From the IMG/VR virus record IMGVR_UViG_3300010163_001408: 48,141 bases of DNA. One strand, given 5' to 3'. A program made the position numbers and the translations under genes. This DNA is from an uncultured virus (IMG/VR IMGVR_UViG_3300010163_001408). Lineage: Duplodnaviria > Heunggongvirae > Uroviricota > Caudoviricetes. This document shows positions 30,736-39,589 of this stretch, in pieces. Under the pieces are notes generated by a model that searched no databases, had not been told where the DNA came from, and worked only from the letters and a program-made list of their open reading frames with translations. Numbering within the stretch: position 1 is the first letter of the stretch; each line of letters starts with the position of its first letter.

Positions 30736-32622
30736 ATGGACAAATTTAATCAAGATGAAGAATTTGTAATAGACGATGATGAGGAAATCTTTGGCTTAGA
30801 TGATGACATTGGCATTGAATTAGAAGAAGATGAAGATGATGAAGATGATGAATTGGTAGACTTTGGCGATGATCCAGAAGAAGAAACAGAGGAAGCACCT
30901 GTACAAGAGCAAGCACAATCAAATGAATTATTTAATGATAATAATTATATGGATAATATAGAGTTTGATAATTCTGCTGAACTTATACCAGACAGTAATA
31001 ATACATTTGCGTTAGATAATGAGGAATTTAATTTTGATGAATCAGATTTCACATCTGAAAAAGATGATTTTACTAACGTGTCAGACAGTCTAAATGAGAA
31101 CATGTCAATATATGATGAAGAAAATGCATATAATTATATAGTAGATACACCAAATGCTAATATGTCAAGCAATATAGAATTTGATGAACTACCAGAAGAT
31201 GATATAGACGAATTGAATGTAGACTTAACTACAGCAACTATAGATGATACTAACGCATCAGATTATGATGGGTCAGTGGTAGATAGTAGTGATCTTTATG
31301 ATGAGGATGAAGACACACAAACTACCAATGAGGTTGATTTTATTACTGATAGTGGTGGCATAGTAGTTCAAGATAAAAATGATAATAATGAAAATGGCTT
31401 CAAAATTACTTATGTAAACATAGATAATATAGCAATAACACCAAGAATTAGAAAAATGCACTCAGTAGAAGGCTTAGTGCAATCTATACAGTCAACTGGT
31501 TTATTAATGCCATTAATGGTAGCTCCATTGGCTACAGAAGGTATGTATGTGTTATTGGATGGATACAGACGTTTACAAGCATGTGCAAGAGCAGGAAAAA
31601 CTAAGATACCTTGTGTTATAAATACTAAAGTAAGCACACCTGAAATACCCATACTAGAATCAATGTATAATCATTCACAAAAATATAGTATCAAGGAGCA
31701 GATTGATTATATTGATTACCTAGAAAAAGAAAAAGGTATTATGAATCCTGCTATGATTGAGTATCTACTCCAAATGAATAGTGGTGACTATACAAAATTA
31801 AAAGATATACTTAATGATAATGACGATGACATTGTAACAAAACTGATTGATGGTGTATATGATATAGCAACTGCATTTAAAAAGCTGGAACAACGTCGTA
31901 AGAAAGAATCTCTTGAAGAGAAAGAAAATAAAAAAGCAGCTAGAGTTTATGATGATGCAGAGGAATCTGGTGTAAATCAGATAGAAGGTGCAGGAGAAGA
32001 AGCAGATGGTGCTGCTCTAACAGATGAGCAATTAGCATCATTATCAATAAACCTTGAAAATTTTGATAATGACTTAGAGGATACTTCCTTAGGTGAAATG
32101 ATAGAGGAAGATAAAAAAATTGAAGGCTTTGAACCACACTCACAAGAAGTTGGAAAGCGAGAGTATGTGGATCCTATCATTAAAAAATCAGTTATGACAC
32201 GAGATAATTCTACATGTAGATGTTGTCTCAGAGGCGGAGAACAATATGTTGATATACTTGATTTTCATCATATTACACCAGTTTTTATGGGTGGAGCAGA
32301 TACTGTTGATAATGGTGTTATGTTATGTGTAGCGTGTCATAGATTAGTTCACTTATACAGTACAGGAGATTTACACATAGATAGAGCATTACTTGAAGGT
32401 GATTATGACTCATTAACAGAAGATCAGAAGTCAAGATTTCCAAATGAAGAAATCTTTGAAGATGAAAAAATGCGATTCAAAAGAATCTTAAAATTTGGTG
32501 GTGTTATCCGTAAAGGTATAAGGGACATGGGTATGAACAGAGAACAATATAAGAAAGAGCATCCCAATACAGGTATAGGCAGGCGTAAACCGGGTGTGAA
32601 TGCAGAGCAGGAAATACTATAA
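30736..32622 (+). CDS. ParB/Srx-domain protein with acidic N-terminal region and C-terminal HNH endonuclease
   Basis: LVQSIQSTGLLMPL...LLDGYRRL ParB motif; RDNSTCRCC...DFHHI...GGADTVDNG..LCVACH HNH; ~200-aa D/E-rich N-terminus. Confidence 0.85.
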   Translation: MDKFNQDEEFVIDDDEEIFGLDDDIGIELEEDEDDEDDELVDFGDDPEEETEEAPVQEQAQSNELFNDNNYMDNIEFDNSAELIPDSNNTFALDNEEFNFDESDFTSEKDDFTNVSDSLNENMSIYDEENAYNYIVDTPNANMSSNIEFDELPEDDIDELNVDLTTATIDDTNASDYDGSVVDSSDLYDEDEDTQTTNEVDFITDSGGIVVQDKNDNNENGFKITYVNIDNIAITPRIRKMHSVEGLVQSIQSTGLLMPLMVAPLATEGMYVLLDGYRRLQACARAGKTKIPCVINTKVSTPEIPILESMYNHSQKYSIKEQIDYIDYLEKEKGIMNPAMIEYLLQMNSGDYTKLKDILNDNDDDIVTKLIDGVYDIATAFKKLEQRRKKESLEEKENKKAARVYDDAEESGVNQIEGAGEEADGAALTDEQLASLSINLENFDNDLEDTSLGEMIEEDKKIEGFEPHSQEVGKREYVDPIIKKSVMTRDNSTCRCCLRGGEQYVDILDFHHITPVFMGGADTVDNGVMLCVACHRLVHLYSTGDLHIDRALLEGDYDSLTEDQKSRFPNEEIFEDEKMRFKRILKFGGVIRKGIRDMGMNREQYKKEHPNTGIGRRKPGVNAEQEIL

Positions 32623-32643
32623 AATCAAAGAGGTGAAGTTGTT

Positions 32644-33078
32644 ATGAAGTTACCTAGTGATATAGAGGGGTCTACAAATAAAATTAAGGTAGAAATACTT
32701 GAAATAAATGGGGATACAATAAGATGTAAACATCCAACAAGTGGATATGAAATGCAAGCATTAATTAAAAGTGATATGAAACTTCAAGTAGGCCAAGTGG
32801 TTGTATTAGAATACAGAAAAGATTTATATAATGGCAGATACATAGTATTTGATGAACTCATGGAAGAAATTGATGCTACTGTATTAGAAGCACAGCATAT
32901 CATATCAGAAGGTAAGATGTATACATCATTAATACTAGAAAACTCAACTACAAAACAAAGATTACATTCACTTGTTCCTAGCAACAATACATTATTTGGT
33001 AACACAAGTATAATAATAACAGGTGACAAAGTAAAATTAAGAATAAACAATGGAAATCTGTTTAGTATACAAGTGTAA
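32644..33078 (+). CDS. Hypothetical beta-rich protein (possibly tandem OB-like barrels)
   Basis: QVGQVVVLEY and ITGDKVKLRI end two similar halves; GAGGTG RBS. Confidence 0.6.
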   Translation: MKLPSDIEGSTNKIKVEILEINGDTIRCKHPTSGYEMQALIKSDMKLQVGQVVVLEYRKDLYNGRYIVFDELMEEIDATVLEAQHIISEGKMYTSLILENSTTKQRLHSLVPSNNTLFGNTSIIITGDKVKLRINNGNLFSIQV

Positions 33079-33101
33079 TATCATTCACAAGGAAACTAAT
33101 T

Positions 33102-34073
33102 ATGGGAATAACATTAGATGAGGCATTACAAAATGAGATTATATCTAAAAATATAATAGACTTGTTACCTAAGAAATGTAAGTGTGGTGCAAGACTTGAG
33201 TTTTCAGATTCATTAAGAGAAATAAGATGTACTAATAAAAAATGTAAGCAACACATAATAGCTAGATTGTCTAAGTTTGTAGAGAAAACAAACATAAGTT
33301 TATCAGCTATTGACATAGAAGATATAGTAGAAAAATTAAAAATAATATCACCATACCAAGTATTATTATTACCAATAGCATTTAAAGAGGAAAACAGCAA
33401 GGTAAAATTATTAAACTTGCATGACAAAAATAATGTATTACAAGATATAGAAAATTTAACAAGTAAAGAATATATGTTATATGAGATAATCGAATTATGT
33501 GGCATAGATAATATATCTAAAATAGCATATAAGATATTTAATAACTTTGATTCAATTGATGAAGCTTATGATGAAATAGAAACTGGACAACTTTCATTTA
33601 TAAATGAAAGACTCGGAATAAAAAATCAAGACAGTAGTATAATTTCATTAGAGATATATAATTTATTATTAGACTTAAAAGATGAATTAATATTTGCAGA
33701 AACACTTTTTAAAATAAAAGGTGACGCAAGAGAAAAATTAAATATAGCATTTTCGGATAATATTCAGCCTTATATAAACACAGCAGAACTGTTGGATATA
33801 TTAAATCAAAACAAAAAATTCAGATTTAATCATATAGTAACAATAAATGACAAGACAGATATTTTAGTTAGAAATGCTAATTCGGCAAACAGTAAATTTA
33901 GAGCAGCAAGAATAATAAATGATAAACATATAGCAGAACTGATGAATAAAGGAGAATTGACATTAGATGAGATAGGTACATTTAAAAATGAATTTAAACC
34001 TTTGGGAAGCAAAATATATATTGACAAACTTGAGAATATAATGAAACGTATACAAGAGTTTATAGGAGAATAG
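33102..34073 (+). CDS. NAD+-dependent DNA ligase C-half-like protein (Zn finger, HhH, BRCT)
   Basis: PKKCKCG...RCTNKKC..HIIARLSKF Zn finger; GIDNISK HhH-like; TINDKTDILV...SKFRAA BRCT-like. Confidence 0.7.
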   Translation: MGITLDEALQNEIISKNIIDLLPKKCKCGARLEFSDSLREIRCTNKKCKQHIIARLSKFVEKTNISLSAIDIEDIVEKLKIISPYQVLLLPIAFKEENSKVKLLNLHDKNNVLQDIENLTSKEYMLYEIIELCGIDNISKIAYKIFNNFDSIDEAYDEIETGQLSFINERLGIKNQDSSIISLEIYNLLLDLKDELIFAETLFKIKGDAREKLNIAFSDNIQPYINTAELLDILNQNKKFRFNHIVTINDKTDILVRNANSANSKFRAARIINDKHIAELMNKGELTLDEIGTFKNEFKPLGSKIYIDKLENIMKRIQEFIGE

Positions 34074-34078
34074 CTTAT

Positions 34079-34543
34079 ATGGAAGAGAAGGCAAAGTATA
34101 GAATAATCAAGAAACAGCTTAATGGTATAGAAATACAAAGATTTATACTTGAGTCAATTGATGATGGAAAACAAGCAGCAGTATCTTTAGAAGATACAGT
34201 TAAATTGGCTAGAGTAGGTAAACTATTAGGGGTTACACCTTTATTAGATTTAACAACTGGAGAATATATAATAAATTTTAATGGCACATTAAAAAATATT
34301 CAGGAACATAACAGTATAAGACTCCGATTACTTTGTAGGTTGGTTGATATAACTGGAAAATGTATAGGGTACAAAGCACAGGATAATAGTAATAAAACTT
34401 ATAAGATAAGCATTAATAAAGCATGGGAGTTAGCAATACATAATTCAGTAATAAACGTAGTAGGAAAAGTAATAAACAATAAGAAAGTACTATTAGGCAT
34501 TAACGATTTCAGTTTAAGTCAGTTACCAACAATGATGGAATGA
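34079..34543 (+). CDS. Protein composed solely of two copies of the recurrent ~70-aa domain
   Basis: YRIIKK...VKLARVG and LRLLCR...CIGYKA...VINV...LLGINDFSLSQLP. Confidence 0.75.
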   Translation: MEEKAKYRIIKKQLNGIEIQRFILESIDDGKQAAVSLEDTVKLARVGKLLGVTPLLDLTTGEYIINFNGTLKNIQEHNSIRLRLLCRLVDITGKCIGYKAQDNSNKTYKISINKAWELAIHNSVINVVGKVINNKKVLLGINDFSLSQLPTMME

Positions 34544-34584
34544 AAAACAGGTGACTAGTTAATAAAATTTTATATACAGTGGTA

Positions 34585-34613
34585 TTGACAAAATTAAGGT
34601 GTAGATGTATAAT
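34585..34613 (+). promoter_or_regulatory. Perfect-consensus SigA/sigma70 promoter for infC
   Basis: TTGACA (34585-34590), N17, TATAAT (34608-34613). Confidence 0.9.
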
Positions 34614-34624
34614 GTAGTTGTAAT

Positions 34625-34714
34625 AAAGGAGAATTGTTGTTTATGAAACAAAAACTGGGAAAGATATAGGCTTAATTTTGTTATATTATAGCAATTTTAA
34701 GCCTATTCTTTTTT
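34625..34714 (+). promoter_or_regulatory. Putative attenuator: leader mini-ORF (MKQKLGKI*, 34643-34669) overlapping a terminator-like hairpin
   Basis: AAAGGAG 34625-34631; in-frame TTG TTG TTT ATG; TAG lies in the 5' arm of the ataggcttaa / ttaagcctat stem, followed by TCTTTTTT. Confidence 0.5.
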
Positions 34715-34753
34715 AGAAAAAATTTATAACTACAAGGAGAAGAATAAGAAAAT

Positions 34754-35257
34754 ATGGTAAATTATGAAATTAAGTCAGAGTACGTAAATGTAGTAGACAA
34801 TGAAAATAATGGTCTGACAAAGATGAAGTTAACAGATGCAATAGCATTAGCAGAGAGTACAAATAAAGATGTAATTCTTCTTAGTAATAAAGGAGAGATT
34901 CCTGTAGTAAAAATAGGGGATTACAATAAATTTATATATGAAAAGCAAAAGAAAGAAAAGGAAAATAAAAAGAAGGCAAGATTAAACTCGCAGGAAACTA
35001 AGGAAATTCGCATAAGCGATGCAATAGCACAGCATGACCTTGAAATTAAAGCTAAAAATGTGGATAAAATATTACATAATGGTGATAAGGTGATGCTTGT
35101 TATAAGATACAGGGGAAGATCAGTAAAATTCATAGAAGAAGGACCAAGCAAGTTAGCACACCTGGAAGGATTAATAACAACAGACCATAAGATTGAAAGA
35201 ACACCTAAGATTGAAGGCAACAGAGTTTACATGGTAGTGGCTCCATGTAAAAAATAG
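34754..35257 (+). CDS. infC: Translation initiation factor IF-3
   Basis: VNYEIK...VNVVD, PVVKIGDYNKFIYE.QKKEKE, KEIRIS..IAQHDLEIK, GDKV...YRGR, PKIEG. Confidence 0.93.
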   Translation: MVNYEIKSEYVNVVDNENNGLTKMKLTDAIALAESTNKDVILLSNKGEIPVVKIGDYNKFIYEKQKKEKENKKKARLNSQETKEIRISDAIAQHDLEIKAKNVDKILHNGDKVMLVIRYRGRSVKFIEEGPSKLAHLEGLITTDHKIERTPKIEGNRVYMVVAPCKK

Positions 35258-35266
35258 GAGGATAAC

Positions 35267-36055
35267 ATGAAAAAGTTACTGATTACATTATTGATAACAG
35301 GTTTAGTCATATCAGGTATGACAGGATGTGGAAAAGAGGAAACAAACCAAGGAATCATAATTAGTGCAGGGGATAACTCTAACATCACAAGTAATAACAG
35401 CAGTTCAAACAGTATTGAAAATCAAGATAACAATACTGTTAATAACAGCGATATTGAGGCTAAAGATAATACAGGTTCAGATGTAAATAATATTGAGAAA
35501 GAAAATAATGAATTTTCATTATATGGCATTTGGACAGATGCAAACAACAACATAATAAGCCTATACGACAATGGAATATTTGATGCAACATTGTTAAGTG
35601 AAGCAAAAAGTATATATGGTACTTATGAAACTAATAATAATACTTATATAAAATTGACTTATAACAAATCAGAAAAAATAGAGAATCCAACTGAACAAGA
35701 AGTAATTATTAACAATGGTATTAGGGACGTTGAAACAACAGTGGAACTTACATTAAGTATTGATGAAACTGCAAGAATAATCAAGTTGAATGATGTAGAA
35801 ATGAGTTTATACAGTGAAGTAGAATCTGAGGTTACAGTTACTCAAAATGTAGGTGACACTTCTATTACAGAAAGCAATAATGAGGATGAAAAAATTGTAA
35901 CTGATGAGGCAGAGTTAGAACAAATAAGACAAGAATTGATTGATATGGGAATTGACCCTGACACAGGATTGCCTATGGAAGATTCACAGAAACTTATTGA
36001 TATGGGAATTGATCCATTAACAAGACAGCCTATACAAAGTGAAAGCATAGAATAA
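35267..36055 (+). CDS. Predicted lipoprotein with N/S-rich linker and C-terminal LIDMGIDP duplication
   Basis: MKK plus hydrophobic stretch and MTGC lipobox; AGGAGG RBS; LIDMGIDPxT twice. Confidence 0.8.
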   Translation: MKKLLITLLITGLVISGMTGCGKEETNQGIIISAGDNSNITSNNSSSNSIENQDNNTVNNSDIEAKDNTGSDVNNIEKENNEFSLYGIWTDANNNIISLYDNGIFDATLLSEAKSIYGTYETNNNTYIKLTYNKSEKIENPTEQEVIINNGIRDVETTVELTLSIDETARIIKLNDVEMSLYSEVESEVTVTQNVGDTSITESNNEDEKIVTDEAELEQIRQELIDMGIDPDTGLPMEDSQKLIDMGIDPLTRQPIQSESIE

Positions 36056-36079
36056 AAACAGAGTTTAAATTAAAAAAAT

Positions 36080-36117
36080 AATGGGATGAAACATTAAATT
36101 TGTTTCATCCCATTTTT
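36080..36117 (+). terminator. Intrinsic terminator
   Basis: aatgggatgaaaca / tgtttcatcccatt perfect 14-bp stem plus T-run. Confidence 0.9.
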
Positions 36118-36209
36118 ATGGTATATGACCTTTTTAGAAACAAATATATGATATATAAGAGTAATTTTTAATTTATTAAATTTGAAAAATAAAAGTGAGG
36201 TAATGCGTC

Positions 36210-38378
36210 TTGAAAATGCATTTAATAGCAGTAATTTGGGATAGTCCAGATAAAAACAATATATTAGCATTTAGAATATTAGATTCAGATGCAAAAATAG
36301 CAGTAGATCAACCTTATGCAGCAGTTATGCATGTTGTTTCTAAAAAGATTGCACCTATATATGGAATAGAATATGATACAACATCTAATAAGTTGAAGGG
36401 TTCAAATGGATCATTTGAAAGATATCCAGCAATATGCAATAATAAAATAATTACAAATTCTTTAGTCATAATAGCATCCATTGATAACAAAGGATACAAA
36501 GTTTGTAACTTTATGGGAACAATGAAAAGTGCTCCTGTAAACGCAGTACTGCGTTTTGCCGAAAAAGCAGGCATAGCAAATGGAAAAATAGTTAATAAAG
36601 GAGACAAAAGATTTATAAGTGCAATCAATGGTAGTTATGATAATATACCTTTAGCACAAGATAAAGAATTAAGTAAATCATTAGGAAACAATAGTGCTGA
36701 AACAGCTATTAAAAATTCATATAGTAATAGGTTTGCAAGAGTAATTACTGGCGTACCTGCTGTGGATTCTAAATTAAAGGTATTAGATACAATTACAGGC
36801 ATGACAGTAGAACAAAAGCTGGCTTATGTAATGTTGGCATTAAAGAAAGTAAGACCTTTCTATTATTCTATATTTACAACACTTAATAGAGTTGAAGCCA
36901 ACCCAGCTGACGGAATAAGTACTATGGCAGTTAGTATAGACACATTGTACTTTAATTCAGACTTTATAGTGGAAACAAGCCTTGAGGAATTGTTATTTAT
37001 AACAATACATGAATTATATCACATAGCTATGAGACATAGAGCAAGAGAAAAAGGCAGAGATCATAGAATATGGAATGAGGCATGCGATTATTATATAAAC
37101 AAGTCAATAGCAGTTGAGTTTGGTTTAAAGGAGCAAGGAGATAAAGCTAATGTACAAGTTAAAGATAGGGATAACAACACAGTCCATGGATCTACATATG
37201 TAATAGAATTACCATGCAGTGGGTTATACAACCCAGCTATAAACATAGATATAGATACACCAGAATCCATATATGAAGAGTTGTCAGAATTGAAAAATAA
37301 TGGGGAAGGTGGAAGTAGCACCAACAGTAATGGTAGTGGTAATGATTCTAATGCCAACAATAAAAATAAGAACAACGGATCTGGAAATGGAGATGGACAG
37401 TCTGAAGATGAAGATGGGCAGTCAGAATTAGAGAAGTTAGCAAAAGGTGAAACAGAAGAAGACGAGAATGAGCAAGATGAACAAGGCAAACAAGGCAAAC
37501 AAGGCAAACAAGGCAAACAAGGCAAACAAGGCAAACAAGGCAAACAAGGCAAAGATGGTGAACAGCAAGAGACTGAACAGCAAGACGAGAATGATGGATT
37601 AACAGGAAAAATGTTTAGGGGCAGAAAGATACCTAAACATCAGTCAGATATAGTAGATGACAATAAAACTAAATCAATGTCACCTGATCAAATTGATCAA
37701 ATGTCTAAATCTTTATTAACAAGAGCAGTTACAACACATAGACAGAAACATAGTTTTGGTGGAGAAGCAGGGTCATTCCTTGAGAGAGTTGTAGAAAGAG
37801 CATTAGCACCTAAGATAGATTGGAGGTCATTACTTAGGAATAAGCTTACAAAGGCAACACAGAAGATCAATACATTTGCAGCACCAGACAGAAGATTTAG
37901 AAGCAGAAACATGATAATGCCTGGACCTAAACCTTTGGAAAATGATGCACTTGAAAATATTAAAATATGTGTGGATACCAGTGGTTCTATATCAGATAGA
38001 GATATAGGTATAGCGTTTGCTCAGATAGAGCAGCTGTTTAAGAACTTTAAAGCAGAGGCGGAGGTATTATATTGGGATACACAGATAAGAGCAATATATC
38101 CATTTAAAGATATATTTGAATTAGTGAGAACTAAACCTATGGGTGGTGGTGGAACTGATGCTAACTGTGTGTTTGAATACTTTGAAACAAATAGAGATTA
38201 CAAGGTAGGAATAAAGAAACCACCTTCAATAATAGTGATATTTACTGATGGTTACATACCAGAAGTTGAACCAAAATATAAAAAGTATCATAACAAAGTA
38301 ATATGGGTTGTAAACGATAATTTAAGATTTGAAGCACCATTTGGTCAAATGGCACAGTTTAGAAATAGTGAAAATTAG
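36210..38378 (+). CDS. HExxH metallopeptidase-like plus VWA domain protein (DUF2201-type) with N-terminal recurrent-domain pair
   Basis: IHELYHI...WNEACDYYIN; DWRSLLR; MIDAS VDTSGS, GGGTD, FTDG; low-complexity G/N/Q linker. Confidence 0.85.
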   Translation: MKMHLIAVIWDSPDKNNILAFRILDSDAKIAVDQPYAAVMHVVSKKIAPIYGIEYDTTSNKLKGSNGSFERYPAICNNKIITNSLVIIASIDNKGYKVCNFMGTMKSAPVNAVLRFAEKAGIANGKIVNKGDKRFISAINGSYDNIPLAQDKELSKSLGNNSAETAIKNSYSNRFARVITGVPAVDSKLKVLDTITGMTVEQKLAYVMLALKKVRPFYYSIFTTLNRVEANPADGISTMAVSIDTLYFNSDFIVETSLEELLFITIHELYHIAMRHRAREKGRDHRIWNEACDYYINKSIAVEFGLKEQGDKANVQVKDRDNNTVHGSTYVIELPCSGLYNPAINIDIDTPESIYEELSELKNNGEGGSSTNSNGSGNDSNANNKNKNNGSGNGDGQSEDEDGQSELEKLAKGETEEDENEQDEQGKQGKQGKQGKQGKQGKQGKQGKDGEQQETEQQDENDGLTGKMFRGRKIPKHQSDIVDDNKTKSMSPDQIDQMSKSLLTRAVTTHRQKHSFGGEAGSFLERVVERALAPKIDWRSLLRNKLTKATQKINTFAAPDRRFRSRNMIMPGPKPLENDALENIKICVDTSGSISDRDIGIAFAQIEQLFKNFKAEAEVLYWDTQIRAIYPFKDIFELVRTKPMGGGGTDANCVFEYFETNRDYKVGIKKPPSIIVIFTDGYIPEVEPKYKKYHNKVIWVVNDNLRFEAPFGQMAQFRNSEN
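37482..37553 (+). repeat. Perfect 9-bp tandem repeat (CAAGGCAAA)x8 encoding (QGK)8
   Basis: Eight identical in-frame units within the linker of the VWA protein. Confidence 0.97.
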
Positions 38379-38402
38379 AATATATAAGGAGGCACAAGAA
38401 AA

Positions 38403-39563
38403 ATGGCAGAAACAATGAATATGATGGAAATATCAGTAGACACTTTCATCAATGAAATCAAAGAGGAATTGGAAGATGAAAACTACAATCCCGTCATAGG
38501 ATTAGGTAAGAGCGGTGTAGGTAAAACAATGAGCATATATGAACTTACACAAGAGTTAGGAATAGGATTCTGTGAGTTGCGCTTAGTAACAATGACAGAA
38601 GTTGATATGCTTGGTATACCTATCATTGATGATGCAGGTAGAACAACATATGCAAGTAATGCATTACTTCCAAATGAGAAAATTGATGGTTCAAGAGGTA
38701 TATTGGTACTCGATGAGGTTACATCAGCAACAAGTACTTTACGTGCAGCAGCTTATCAGTTAATGGATTCCAAAAGAGCATTAGGCAATTATAAGTTACC
38801 ACCACAATGGAAGGTAGTAGGTTTAGGCAACGGAATTGGAGATGGTGGTGTATTCACAGGTATGGAAAATGCATTTTTGTCACGTGCTACCTGTTATAGA
38901 ATTGAGCCAAACCTTGAAACTTGGAAGAAATGGGCAATTAAGAATGGAGTAAATCCTTCTATATTAGCTTATTTAACATTTGATCCAAGTAAGATACATG
39001 AGATGGATGAGAATGAAATTGCATCTGTATTCCCCTGTCCTAGATCATGGACAGCATTGAGCCAAAAGCTGAACAAGAGAGAGGAAAAGAATGGTGGGTA
39101 TTTACCTACAGATAAAGTTGAGTTGTATGCAGCAGGTACAGTAGGTGTAAAGGTTGCATCAGCATTTGCATCATTCTACAGCTATAACAAGAAGACAATT
39201 TCACCCGAGGATGTTTTAAGTGGCAAAGCAAAACCTGAAGAAATCAAGTCACTAGAATCAGAAGTAGTTTATATAGTAATTCAGTCAATTATTAAGCAGT
39301 TAAGTGCTGAATTAAAAGCTGGTAAGCTTCCTGGAATAGGTGAGTTCAAACCAGATGCACTACAGAGGGCAGTAAATGTTATAAATTGGATAGTAGGTAT
39401 ATCCAAGTATAAATTAGATTATGCAATTACAGCCTTAACAGATATATCTGGTGGTATACCTGAAATGCAAGACCTTGTATTAATGAATGATGACTTTAAT
39501 GATATGTGTCCAGACTTCATTAAATTTACAAGTGACCTTCAGATAGTATTTAAGGCACAATAA
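38403..39563 (+). CDS. MoxR/AAA_5-like AAA+ ATPase
   Basis: GKSGVGKT Walker A, ELRL...DMLGIP, LVLDEV Walker B, AFLSR arginine finger, PCPRSW. Confidence 0.88.
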   Translation: MAETMNMMEISVDTFINEIKEELEDENYNPVIGLGKSGVGKTMSIYELTQELGIGFCELRLVTMTEVDMLGIPIIDDAGRTTYASNALLPNEKIDGSRGILVLDEVTSATSTLRAAAYQLMDSKRALGNYKLPPQWKVVGLGNGIGDGGVFTGMENAFLSRATCYRIEPNLETWKKWAIKNGVNPSILAYLTFDPSKIHEMDENEIASVFPCPRSWTALSQKLNKREEKNGGYLPTDKVELYAAGTVGVKVASAFASFYSYNKKTISPEDVLSGKAKPEEIKSLESEVVYIVIQSIIKQLSAELKAGKLPGIGEFKPDALQRAVNVINWIVGISKYKLDYAITALTDISGGIPEMQDLVLMNDDFNDMCPDFIKFTSDLQIVFKAQ

Positions 39564-39589
39564 ATAATATAAAGGGAGGTTAAAATGTT

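Noticed and set aside
37091..37552. Minus-strand ORF beginning (PCL)n
   Set aside because: It is the reverse complement of the (CAAGGCAAA)8 repeat inside the VWA gene.
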